Of a stretch of 64,000 bases of DNA, positions 22,945 through 34,530 are shown one piece after another. The DNA is taken from contig OY740805.1 in the NCBI GenBank assembly GCA_963514005.1, forward strand, positions 22,878,001 through 22,942,000. Direction: 5' to 3'. The notes beneath the pieces were generated by a model. That model was given only the letters and a program-made list of their open reading frames with translations, was not told the DNA's origin and did not search any database. The DNA comes from Raja brachyura (lineage: Eukaryota). Numbering within the stretch: position 1 is the stretch's first letter; each line of letters opens with the position of its first letter. The translations under genes and the position numbers were made by a program.

Positions 22945-23380
22945 AGGATGATAATAATACTAATCGTTGATAACATTAGTGCCATGCTGGCTTCTGACGG
23001 GCACGATGACGGATGCAACACACATCTCTGTCCCCCATTCAGCTGGCAAGCTACATATGGGTCTTCCATAAACATCTTCAGCATCGTCTTGATTGGTTGT
23101 CCCGGGTCAAGTCTTCCATGGGTGGGTTCCCACAGCACAACTTTGTTTGCTGGCATTTCTGGGTGGCGGTGGCAGTGACCTGCGAGCCTCATCCTTCTCA
23201 ACGTGATCTTCTCGTTCGGAGGTGGAGTCTCCCCATGGAGCTTGGCATTGGTGATGTGGTTTTGAACTATTCTCAGCATTCGGGTGTAGGTACCATCGAG
23301 AGACGGACAGTGCTGGAGTGAGAGTCCATGCCTCACACCCATACAATAATATGGTCTCTACAGTTGCATGGAAGGCCAAA
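22945..23380 (-). mobile_element. RTE-type LINE 3' fragment
   Basis: ATVETILLYGCEAWTLT / LDGTYTRMLR..RRMRLAGHCHRH..VVLWEP on -, frameshifted. Confidence 0.75.
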
Positions 23381-23518
23381 TATTCAGGGTGTAGTTCAGT
23401 GACAAGTAGAGTTCTGCAGGGGTCTGTGCTGTGACCCTTGCTACTTGTGACATATTTAAATGACTTGGACCCTGGTGTCATAACAATTAATCAAATAATG
23501 ATTTTGTCTTTCTTTCAG

Positions 23519-23794
23519 ATTATCACTATATTCAAGGACAGTTTGGTTGCGAGGTGAACGATCACAGTCCCAATGTAGGGATATTGAAGTTGGCTTATGA
23601 TGGAAGATATGCATTTAGTTTTGATAAGAACACACTAAAGTGGACAGTGCATGATCCAATAGCTGAGCCCTTCAAAGCGAAATGGGACAAGAATGAAAAA
23701 ATGAACCGTTATTTCAAGAGCTTGTTAGAAAATGACTGTGTGGAACTATGGCACACATACTATGCAATTGGAAAGACATACCTGACCAGAGAAG
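23519..23794 (+). CDS. MHC class I alpha2 exon
   Basis: tttcag|AT acceptor, G|gtgagt donor; HYIQGQFGCE..AYDG..FDKNTLKW..KAKW..LENDCVE..YY..GK; C101-C164 pair present. Confidence 0.95.
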
Positions 23795-24114
23795 GTGAGT
23801 TCAGAACAAAGGATGTTGTTTTGTGATGGTCGGCGATGAGTAATATTTCACTCTGAGGCAATGAGTAATATTATCTCTGACCCAATCATGACAGAGGGAA
23901 AGGTAATTCGGCCTATTGAGTCTATGCTAGTTTTCAATGCAATGTCGACGAACTGTTCAACAGCTCTCTCTCACAACTTGCACTCAGCTCCCTCGGATTC
24001 TCCATTCATTCAGCTCCACTACAGATAATTTGCAATGTCCGACTAGCTCACTGGCACGTCCTTGGTACATGGGACAAAACTGGAGCACATGGAGGAAGCC
24101 AACTGATGCATAAG

Positions 24115-24590
24115 GTCATAAGTGATGGGCGAGGCATTAGAACATTCGGCCCATCAAGTCTACTCCGCCATTCAATCATGGCTGATCTATCTCTCCCTCC
24201 TAACTCCATTCTCCTGCCTTCTCCCCATAACCCCTTACATGCATAATAATCAAGAATCCATCTATGCCTTAAAAATATCCATTGACAGATTCCAAAGCCT
24301 TCTGTGGCAAATAATTCAGCAGAATCACCACCTTCTGACAAAATAAATTCCTCCTTATCTCTTTCCTAAAGGAATGTCCTTTAATATTGAGACAATGACC
24401 TCTAGTCGTAGACTCTCCCACCAGTGGAGACATCCTCTCCACATCCACTCTATCCAAGCCTTTCACTATTTGATATGATTCAATGAGGTCCCCCCTTATT
24501 CTTCTAAATTCCAGTGAGTACAGGTTCTCTGCCATCAAATGCTCATCATATTTTAACCCATTCATTCCTGGGATAATTCTTGTACACCTC
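24115..24590 (-). mobile_element. CR1 3' fragment
   Basis: LYSLEFRRIRGDLIESYQIVKGLDRVD on -. Confidence 0.8.
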
Positions 24591-24746
24591 TTTTAAACCA
24601 CGTGGTTGGTTGATGGTGACGAAAGAGGTAAATTGGGGCAGATGTGGACAGTAACTTGGTTGTTGTAGTAAACTGAAGAATATTTTGTGGTGGGTGACTG
24701 TGCAAGTTTTACTGAAGGTGAAAATAACCAACTTACTGTCTTGTAG

Positions 24747-25013
24747 TTTCCCCTGAGGTCACTCTCGCTGCCCGCCCTGATGATCATTCAGTCCTGTACT
24801 GCACTGTGTTTGGATTTTATCCACTGGCCATCAATGTCAGCTGGTTGCAGAATGGTCAACATGTCTCTGAGACCAAATCTTCTGGGGTCATACCCAATAA
24901 CGATGGAACATATCATCTAAAGTCTGTCCTTGAGTATGATCCGTATGATGGGAAACAGTATTCCTGTCATGTCGATCACAGCAGCCTGCCCGGTGGGAAG
25001 ACCATCATCTGGG
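24747..25013 (+). CDS. MHC class I alpha3 (Ig C1) exon
   Basis: ttgtag|TT acceptor, G|gtaaga donor; LYCTVFGFYP..VSW..PNNDGTY..YSCHVDHSSL..W. Confidence 0.96.
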
Positions 25014-25299
25014 GTAAGAACATTAAATATTATTTCATAGATCATCATTATCTTCTGTTGTTTCCATTTTAATCATTATGACTACATCACATATTCCAAG
25101 ATGCTTAAACTTTCTTTGTTTAGTGGTGTTGCTCTAAGTAATCACGTGGTCAGCACCCACTCTCCACATGAGCAGAAGACTTTGTCAACAGAAATTTTAT
25201 CAAACGTAAAAAACTAACCAATATACAAGGAAGGAGTATTTGGGATTCTCAGTGGTGGAACTGAAATCCCATAAATGTATGTTTAAATAAAAAAATGAA

Positions 25300-26045
25300 T
25301 CTTTCCTCATGATGTGATTAACAGCAAGGCACTGGGGGAGTACATGCCACAATCCGAATCAATGGTCCGAAGTGGAAATGATTGAGAGCTTCATGTTCCT
25401 TGACATGAATATATATAATAATCTGTCATGGACTGACCACATAGCCAAGGAGGCACACCGACACCTCTACTTCCTCAGGAGACTGAGAACATTCATAATG
25501 TCTCTGGCGACTCCAGCAAACATCTATAGAAGCCGCTAGAGAAAGCATGTTGTTGGGCTGCATCACATCTTGATTTGGGAACTGCACTGTCTAAGACAGC
25601 AAGAATATACAAAGAGTTAAAGATCATCACACAAGCCAGACTTCCCACTATTGAGTCAATCTACACCAGGTTGCCTTGGTCCACCCTGGTCATTCCTCCT
25701 TCATGCTCCCATCACACAATTGGTACAGGAAGTTGAAAATATGCACTGCCAGGCTCGGGAACACCCCCTTTCCATCTGTTATCAGGCTTCGGAAGGGTCC
25801 TCCCATAATGTAGGTTTAATGCCCGATTTACCTCAACCTCATTGCACATTGAGCATTGTCTATGGAACGGATGTGTTACAATGCTGAGAACTATATTCTG
25901 TACTCTGTATCCTCCTCTTTGCTCTATCTATTATTTTGTATTTGTATTTATGCATAGTCTTATCTAATTTCTTTGGATATATTATACAAACAACACCTTT
26001 TCACTGTGTCTTGAAACATCTGGCATTAATAAAACTAAACCTAAT
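25300..26045 (+). mobile_element. Degraded Rex1/Babar-like LINE 3' fragment
   Basis: gtggaaatgattgagagcttcatgttcct..ctctacttcctcaggagactgaga (VE.FKFLG / LYFLRRL-like) and AT-rich tail with aataaa; family recalled, not searched. Confidence 0.55.
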
Positions 26046-27164
26046 GAAGTAAGTTCCGTGACGCAAGTTACAGCTTCTGCAATGAACAATATAACTGCCT
26101 GACAAACAGCGATCATACCAGATGATTCAATGTATGCTGCACTAACCTACACAAATGCTCACTTTTGAAGATTCCCTCGAACAATGCACAATTAAGCAAT
26201 CTGATGTTTCACTCTGAAGACTGTTGACAAACTCCAAAACTTAATTTCCAACCTATCTATGTATCATCAGCAACCTAGGCTACAGCACCATCAGTCCCTT
26301 CATCTGCTCTTAATGCCAACGATAAGTAGTTCACTTTCTTGCATTGATGCCCAACTTGCAGATGCAGTTTCCCAACCTGAACACTGCTTTAGGACAACTC
26401 TCTGCTTGCTCTTAATTGTTTTTCCATTCATGCTAATTATTACCCCCAGTGTCATAAGCCATGTGCCTTTGCATCAATTGATCAGATATCTTATGAAAAT
26501 CCAGATATTCTGGCGACATCTGGTGGTCGGGCCACTTATTGCTAGAACCCTCGTCAGGGCAGCTGGGTCTATCACGTGACAGGGTTTTCGTGGGAGTTGG
26601 TGATGAGTTCATCGCCAGTTAACTGGTGTGCCTGATTGCAATGGCAGGAACTTTGCTCGTTCTTAAAAAAACGCACATGTGTGCAAAAACTGTATTTCTT
26701 TAAAAAACATTGATTTGTTCACGTTTGGATCTCTACAATATATTGTATTTCTTTTGTTTCCCATTCCAATGTTGTTACCTATTCTGCTTTTCCATCATTT
26801 TGTTTTAGAATTGTAGGCTTTGCACACCTGCAAACTACTGCTGCTCGAATATACATTGTCTACGGGTTCCTGTTGCATTTTCAAAGACTTCTAATCAATT
26901 TCTCAAACAAAGTTTGAAGAAGGGTCCCAAAACGAAACGTCCCCTGTCCATGTGTAAGGATCAACTGCAAGTGCTGGTTTACACTGAAGATGGACACAAA
27001 TTGCTGGAATAACTCAGCTGGTTAGGCAGCATCTCTGGAGAAAAGGAATAGGTGGCATTTCGGGTCGAGACCCTTCTTCATCCTGAAGTCTTCAGACAGT
27101 GCCAATCTACTTAGCTGCACAGCTTAACAATTGATTTGTAAAATTATGCAATCCTATTTTTCAG

Positions 27165-27272
27165 AAGGAAATAGGAAGAAAGACAGGCACATAGGCCTTA
27201 TTGCCGTGTGTGTGCTGATATTGCTGGCTATTGTCTTGGCAGTAATTGTTTGGTGGAGAAAAAAGAGGAGAG
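27165..27272 (+). CDS. MHC class I connecting peptide/transmembrane exon
   Basis: tttcag|AA acceptor, G|gtaag donor; EGNRKKDRHIGLIAVCVLILLAIVLAVIVWWRKKRR. Confidence 0.9.
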
Positions 27273-27665
27273 GTAAGATGGAAATGTGTGATGCACTGTT
27301 GCTAATAAAGGTATTGGGCTTGAATAAATGATTGATCTCAAGTAGGATAAGGCAGCAGCTACACCTGAAATGCCCCGACAGTCACCAATGTCAACTAGCC
27401 TTTGTGCTGTTGTTAAATGTTTCAGATAATCAGATATTTGAAAATTGTGAATTCAGAGTAAAATATATAGGTAAACATTATGGATTCATTGCACCAAATC
27501 CTAGAGATATCAATGAAAAGTACAGCATGCAAGCAGTCCTTTTGGCCCACTGAGGCCATGCCAACCACCTGTTCTCATGAATTCTATCTCATTGCACCTT
27601 CTCATCCAGTCACCCACCCACTAGGCGTAATTTACAGTGGCCAATTAAACTATAAACTGATACAT

Positions 27666-28024
27666 AGAAACATAGAAAATAGGTGCAGGAGTAGGCCATT
27701 CGGCCCTTCGAGCCTGCACCGCCATTCAATGTGATCATGGCTGATCATCCAACTCAGTATCCCGTACCTGCCTTCTCTCAATACCCCCTGATCCCTTTAG
27801 CCACAAGTGCCACATCTAACGCCCTCTTAAATATAGCCAATGAACTGGCCTCAACTACCTTCTGTGGCAGAGAATTCCAGAGACTCACCACTCTCTGTGT
27901 AAAGAATGTTTTCCTCATTTCGGTCCTAAAGGAATTCCCCCTTATCCTTAGACTGTGACCCCTTGTTCTGGACTCCCCCAACATCGGGAACAATCTTCCA
28001 GCATCTAGCTTGTCCAACCCCTTA
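27666..28024 (-). mobile_element. Young 5'-truncated CR1 copy, near-identical to the 3' end of 1225-5714
   Basis: Reverse-complement match to ~5343-5706 (one substitution seen); TSD ATACAT at 27660-27665 and 28025-28030; inserted in a SINE. Confidence 0.92.
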
Positions 28025-28259
28025 ATACATCTTAGGATGTGTGAGAAAACCGGAGCCCCTGGAGGGATCCAATGCGGTTACACGGAGAACGTGCAAACTC
28101 CGCATAGATGGCACTCAAGGTGAAAATTGAGCCCGGGTCTGTGTTGCTGTGAGGCAGCAGCTCTATGAGTTGTGACACTGTGCTGCTCTGTTGGGGCTCG
28201 CACTGCTCATAATCCAAGTCAGCTACGAGGCAGATTGGTTGCAGTTTAACATTTACTAG

Positions 28260-28545
28260 TTTTGTTTAGTTTAATTTAGAGAAACAGGCTCTTCGGCCCA
28301 CCGAGTCTGCGCTGACCAGCAATCCCCGCACATTAACACTATCCTACACACACGCACCAAGCCAATTAACCTACATACCTGTACGTCTTTGGAATGTGGG
28401 AGGAAACCTTAGATCTCGGAGTAAACCCACGCGGTCATGGGGGGGAACGTACAAACTCTGTACAGACAGCATATGTAGTCAGGATTGAACCTGGGTCTCC
28501 GGTGCTGCAAGCGCTGTAATGCAGCAACTCTACCGCTGCGCACAG
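28260..28545 (-). mobile_element. tRNA-derived SINE
   Basis: Reverse complement of the SINE consensus with tttagt tail. Confidence 0.75.
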
Positions 28546-29453
28546 TGGCCGCCTCCGTGGCCACGGTTACAGGAAGACTCAACATTGTGGGAATGTGAGT
28601 AGTGGTGGGAAAAATGGTTCAAGGTGGAAAGCCGATTGAATGAGGAACAACATGACAGGTAAATTACAATGTGAAACAGGGCAGCACGGAGTCAGGGACC
28701 TGAATTAAATACCGACATCGGCTGTTACATCTGTAGACTTTGCATGTTGTTCCTGTGACCATGTGGGTTTCCCCAGGTGCTCTGGTTTCTTCCCACATCC
28801 CCAAAACATGGTTTGGTTGGTTAGTTGTCCCCTAGATTGTGCATGATACAATTTGTGGAGAGCTGATGAGAATATGGGACAAATGTAGGATTAGTGTACA
28901 TGAATGGTTGGTGCCAACTCAATGGGACAAAGGCCATGTTGGTGTATTTCCATGCCTCTTTGTGGTGGAGAAAGATGCTGACTATTTTTGAATTATAAGA
29001 TTGGGAAAGACTGCGAGGGGCAGTAACTCTGAGTAACTCAGGAGGTCAGGCAACATCCCTGGAGACCATGGATAGGTGGTATTCTAGTTGGAGACTCTTC
29101 TGGCAAATTACAGTGGGTATTCCTCCAGTTAAGTCTGACCGTAGTGTGTAGATGCACCTCAACCACTGACTTGCTCAACAAGTGCCACAATTAGTTGAAT
29201 TAAAGTATGTTTGGAGTAACATGCAGCAGTCCTTAAAATCTACCATTTCCCAAATCCCAAGAGAGCTGGATGATCAAGGTTTTAGTGTAAATTCAGTCAT
29301 CTATATCACTCGTTTCTTGCCTGTGATCACACTGTTGTAAGAGATATTCTGGCGACGAATTGCAGTTCACTTTCCTCCTGTGTATAGGAGTTATTGTGTT
29401 GAATATAACAAGTGGAAGGGAAAGTCAATGTAGGATTTAGAGTTTGTACGTAA

Positions 29454-29755
29454 GGCAGCATGGTAGTTCAGCTGGTAGAACTGCTGCCTCACAACGCCAG
29501 AGACCCAGGTTCAATCTGGACCTCGGGTACTGTCTATGTGGAGTTTGCACGTTCTCCTAGTGACGAACTGGGCTTCCTCAGGGAGCTCTGGTTTCCTCCC
29601 ACATCCCAAAGATGAGCGGGGTTTGCATGTAAACATCCTCTGTAAATCACTCTGATAGTGTAGGGAGTGGATGGGAAATCTATTATGAATAGGCGATTGC
29701 TGGTGAGTATGGATTTTCTGGCACAAAGGGCCTGTTTACACACTGCATCACTGTT
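29454..29755 (+). mobile_element. tRNA-derived SINE
   Basis: ggcagcatggtagttcagctggtaga head, ggttcaatc B-box-like motif, aagggcctgttt tail. Confidence 0.7.
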
Positions 29756-32201
29756 TTCAAGATAGTTAGATTTAGCTTTTAGGGCTAAGGGAATCAAGGG
29801 ATATGGGGGAAAAGCCAGAACGGAGTACTGACTTTGGATGATCAGCCATGATTTTATTGAATGGCGGTGCTGGTTCGAAGGGCCGAATAGTCTATTACTG
29901 CACCCATTTTTTATGTTTCTATCTTTCTATTAAATAAACTAAATTGGAAGACAGAAGGTATTGACTGATGCATCTTCACGCCAGCTGTAAATGTCATAAA
30001 CTGTGTGAATTGATTGCAAATGTTATACAATATTATAAACAAAACTGGGTGATCAAAATGACAAGATGGATGAAGAGCAGAGTTTTCATTGAAATAACAG
30101 ACGTGCTGCTTTCTCGAGCACTTGGCCTTGTTTGTTTCATATTTCCTCTTCAAAATACAATGTTCCCTGGCATTGCTGGTCTGAGACACCTAGCAGCGTA
30201 TATTTCCTGAAACCAGGGTTCTACTTTCATGGTATCAAGATGTCTAGCAGTTCCAGCACCCAGATCAGAACCAAGCCATTTCTCACCTTAACCTCTCGCA
30301 AAAACTAAAATTGCAGCAACAATTTAGTCATTGAACATCAACAACATGCACATTTGAATTGAGGCAATGGTTAGCTTATTATCACTGTCAACGAGTCGTG
30401 GTCATGGCTTTCCCATTGTGGTCACTATACGTGAGGGTGATTAACTAACATTTAGCAATGAAACAGAAAGGAATTGGCTTTTCAAACCCACTGAGCCATA
30501 GAGTCATTCGGCATGGAAACAGGTCATTTGCCTCAACTTGGCCTTGCCAACCAAGGTGCCATGTTTAAACTAGACCGCTGTTCCTACAATTGACCCATAT
30601 CTCACTGAACCTTTCCTATCTACAGTATGTACCTGTCCAAGTGTGTTCTAAATGCTTTTTTAATATCTGCCTCAACTCCTTCCCCTGGAATGTTGTTCCA
30701 TATTTCCACTTCCTCTGGTTCCGAGTAACTCGTTTCCTTCTCACCTTAAACCTGAGTCCTCTGGTTCTTGATTACACAAGGCTGGTTAAAACATTCTGTG
30801 CATTCAATCTATCTATGCTCCTTCATTTTATAAAGCTCCATAAGATCACCCCTCAGCCTCTTGCGTGCCAAAGAATAAAGTCCAAGCATGCCCATCCTCT
30901 CCCTGAATCTCAGGCCCTGTTAATGACATCCTTCCGATAGTGGGGTGACAACAACTTAACACAATACTCCGTATGTGGCCTCACCAACATCTTGTACAAC
31001 TGTAGCAGAACATCCCAACTGTTTTATTCAGTACCATGACATGTTATTATGTTCACGATTATTCCGTTATTTGTGCCTGGCCATTTTGACTTTGTCACAT
31101 TTTACTTGTTTATGATATTGTACAAGATTTGCAATCACACTTCCCAATTGACTAAAATTATCCGAATTAACCAAATGCCTACTATGGCATTTAACTTATT
31201 GCATTATATTCAGCGCAGGGTACAAGCTGCAGTTTTTTTTAAAAGGGCAGGTTTTTATTACACACTATGTGGTGTGTGCCTGGAAAGGACTGCCAGGGAT
31301 GGTGGCGTCTGGGGTGCACCTTCGTGTGTGCATGGAGATGCAGGGGTTGGAGGGACATGAATCATTTGCAGGCAGATGATGCCTAACTGGTGTCTGTCCG
31401 ACTGATCTGGAGGCATTTCAATGGGATCTGATAGTCAGGCAGGGAATACTTCCAGTGACCCAATGGTGCTGAGTTCGCTGAATTTTACTGTGCATGGGAA
31501 TACCCCTCTAATAGAGGAACAGGTCCTTTGTCCAAGAACGTTTGTGCTGGACATGATGCAACCTGAGGCAGAATGTCGCAGCTGATAGAGCTGCTGCCTC
31601 AGAGCGTCAGAGACATCAGTTCAATCCTAACCTCGGTTGTCGGCCGTGTGAAGTTTGCATGTTTTCCCTATGACCGCATGGGTTTCCACTGTACTCCAGT
31701 TTCCACATACATACTAATGATGCCAGGGTTTATGGGTTAATTGGTCTGTGTAATTTGACCCTAGTGTGGAAGTGAAAGTTCGATAACATAGAAATTGTGT
31801 GAACAAAACTGTTTGAAGGAGTATTGAGTTTTTTCTTTAGTTTAGAGAGAGAGCATTGAAACAGACACTTCGTCCCACTGAGTCCACACCAACCAACAAT
31901 CACCCACATAATCTAGGGACACAAGTCAATTAACAAACAAACCTGCACGTCTGTCTTTGGAATGTGGGAGGAAACTGGAGCACCCGGAGAAAACCTATGC
32001 AGTCACGTGGATAAGGTACAAATTCCGTACAGACATCACCCTGTCAGGATCAAACCCGGGTGTCTGGCGCTGTGCCATTATATCTGGAAGGTAGATGTTA
32101 CATGCGATGAATCAACAGTTAAAGCGAATAAACAAGTTGCATTTTCTGAGTTCTATTCCCTGCCATTTATTAGTTGTCTAATATTTAATTTCCATCCTCA
32201 G

Positions 32202-32242
32202 ATTATCAAAATATTCAACCAAAGCTGAACGCGCATTGCTAA
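32202..32242 (+). CDS. Predicted MHC class I cytoplasmic exon (DYQNIQPKLNAHC*)
   Basis: tttccatcctcag|AT acceptor in phase 1 matches the TM exon donor; TAA at 32240-32242; ATTAAA at 32275 and AATAAA at 32294 downstream. Confidence 0.75.
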
Positions 32243-33216
32243 CCAATCGCTGAGTAGAAGATTTCATGGATGTGATTAAAATACAGGAACTGAAATAAAT
32301 GGAAATAGTTAAATTAAGTTCATCAAACATGACAGAAATTCTCAATAGACTGCCGTGGATTTGTACAAATTAGAGCTATCTAGCAATTTATGTTGATAAT
32401 AGCTGATATGACTGAGGCCTCAACTCCTTCACTGTGTTTATTCCACACAATTCCCTGTTCTTTTAGAATATACCCAGGCATTATCCACCAATTCACCACC
32501 CCATCATGCCTCTTTAATACATTCATACGGTTCACTCTGTTTCTTGTCATCTCCAAGGGACACAGACCAGTGATTTCAGCCATTCATGGTTAGGCAACAC
32601 TTGCTTATTCCAGAAATCTCTTCTGGGTGATATCCAATATTAATATATCCCTTTCTTAAATCTGAGGACCAAGCTGTGCACAGTGCTCCTGATATGTCCT
32701 GAGCAACATCATGTACCATAATTACAATAGTAACGTACATTTGAATGCCAATATGCTAATCACCTTCTGTGTTGTGTGCTGCACCTACATGCTGGTTTTA
32801 TTGCACTTTAAACACTTGAATCTCTTGTACTCCACTAATTTGCAATCTCCCTCCATTTAGATAATAGCTTCCTTTTAATTGCTCTTACCAGTGTGCGTGA
32901 GCACATATTTTCCATTATTAAACACAATTTGCCACGTTTATGTTAATCTAACAAAGAGTCATAGAGCCATATAGCACGGAAGCAGGTACTTCCACCTAAT
33001 GCTCAAAGCTGAACAAATGCTACATTTAGGTTAGTCACATTTGCCAGCGTTTGACCCACTTTCCTCTCAACATGTTCTATCCATGTACCTGTCCAAGTGT
33101 CTTTTCAATGTTGTTGTTCTACCTTCTCTGGCAGCTCATTCCAAACACCCAGTAACCTCTCAGTAGAAAAGGTTGCCTCTCAGGTTCCCACTAAATCTTC
33201 CTCCTCACCTTAAACC

Positions 33217-33857
33217 CAGGGGTTCAGTGCTGCCGGAGCTCACTGGAGCACCGATCCGGCACCACTGTTAATGAAAAAAATAAACAGCGTGGAATTTTAA
33301 CTAGCCTTTATGTGGTTGGGGTAACCTGATTAAAAGAGGGGTAAGGGGAAGAACCATCACTACTGAGGTTCCCTGTTGGAGGGGGAGCATTAGGACGCAG
33401 CAGAGTCAGACCATGTGATGTGTGCATTGTTTGTGGTTGTGGGCCTGGTGATGACCCTGGAACTCTGGTGGGTGGGTGTGTAGGTGAGTGAGGGTGAGTG
33501 TGTGTGAGTGTGTGAAGCCCCAGAGCTGCGGGATAGTCAGGGCAAATCGGTGTCTTGCCAGCACCTCTGTAGAACTACATGATAACCATATTTTTCTTTA
33601 CTTGTTTCTTAATTATACTTCATGATAATCAGTGAGTGCAACTGTGCAATATTTCGTCATTATTTAATTAAGTATTATATGTTTGAATGTACTATCTATA
33701 CACTGGGATGTAGTGATGGGCTATAATCTTGTTTGATGGGCTATAATCTTGTTTGACCCTCTAGGGAGACTAGCTTGCCCCCCCCCCCCCAAGCAAAATG
33801 TGAAATTACGACTCGGTTTGACAGCTCCGACACCTACAAAATGAGCATTGAACACTG
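33217..33857. mobile_element. hAT-type non-autonomous element (641 bp)
   Basis: Imperfect TIRs caggggttcagtgct / agcattgaacactg; 8-bp TSD cttaaacc / cttacacc; splits a CR1 3' fragment. Confidence 0.75.
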
Positions 33858-33959
33858 CTTACACCTGTTTTTGCTGGTTCTTGATTACCCTACCCCTAAA
33901 TGGTTTCAATTATAGATAGAGTAAGACTTTGTGGTTATTTCCAACAAGAATTTTAGACT

Positions 33960-34530
33960 AAAGAAAGGCCAGTGGAAGTACTTGGTCAAACAGCATCTGT
34001 GGAGGCAAGTGACATATACCAACATTTCAAGTCAAGGCCCTGCATTAGATTTGAAGGAGAGGATGGCCAGATTCTAACAGTTTGAAGGGGGAATGGGGCA
34101 GAGGCTGGTAAGTGGCAGGTGGAATCAGCTGGGAAGGGGATGATGGGCAGATGGAGCAAAGTTACTGTAGGGGTGGTTGTGGGAGAACAAATGAACACCA
34201 GTGGTATGGATAAGCTGAAATTTGAAAACTTTATATTCATACCATTGGCTTGTAAGGTACCCAGGTGGATTATCAAATACTTTACTTAAAACTTTCAGTG
34301 TCCAAGATTAATGATAAATGGGTCAGTGTGAGAGTGGGAAGAGGTGTTAAAATACCATACAACATCTCAGGATTCTCTTTACTTCAAAGGGTAGGTGCTC
34401 TACAAAATGGTTGACGTCTAAGCTAGTTTCTCCAATGTAGAGAAGACCACAGTGTGAGCAGTGAATGCAGTAGATACATTTTAAAGAGGTGCAAGTAAAC
34501 CTCTGTCTCACCTGAAAAGTTTATTCTCCT
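33960..34530 (-). mobile_element. Degraded Penelope-like GIY-YIG fragment
   Basis: On -: ttcaggtgagacagaggtttacttgcacc..ctctacattggagaaac and IIHLGTLQANGMNIKFSNF, homologous to 22255-22602. Confidence 0.7.

Larger units (their letters stand above)
6721..32242 (+). other. Nonclassical MHC class I heavy-chain gene (exons alpha1 to cytoplasmic; leader exon not located)
   Basis: Five exons joined by phase-1 AG/GT introns give an open ~317-aa mature chain with class I domain order and exon sizes 261/276/267/108/41 bp. Confidence 0.92.
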
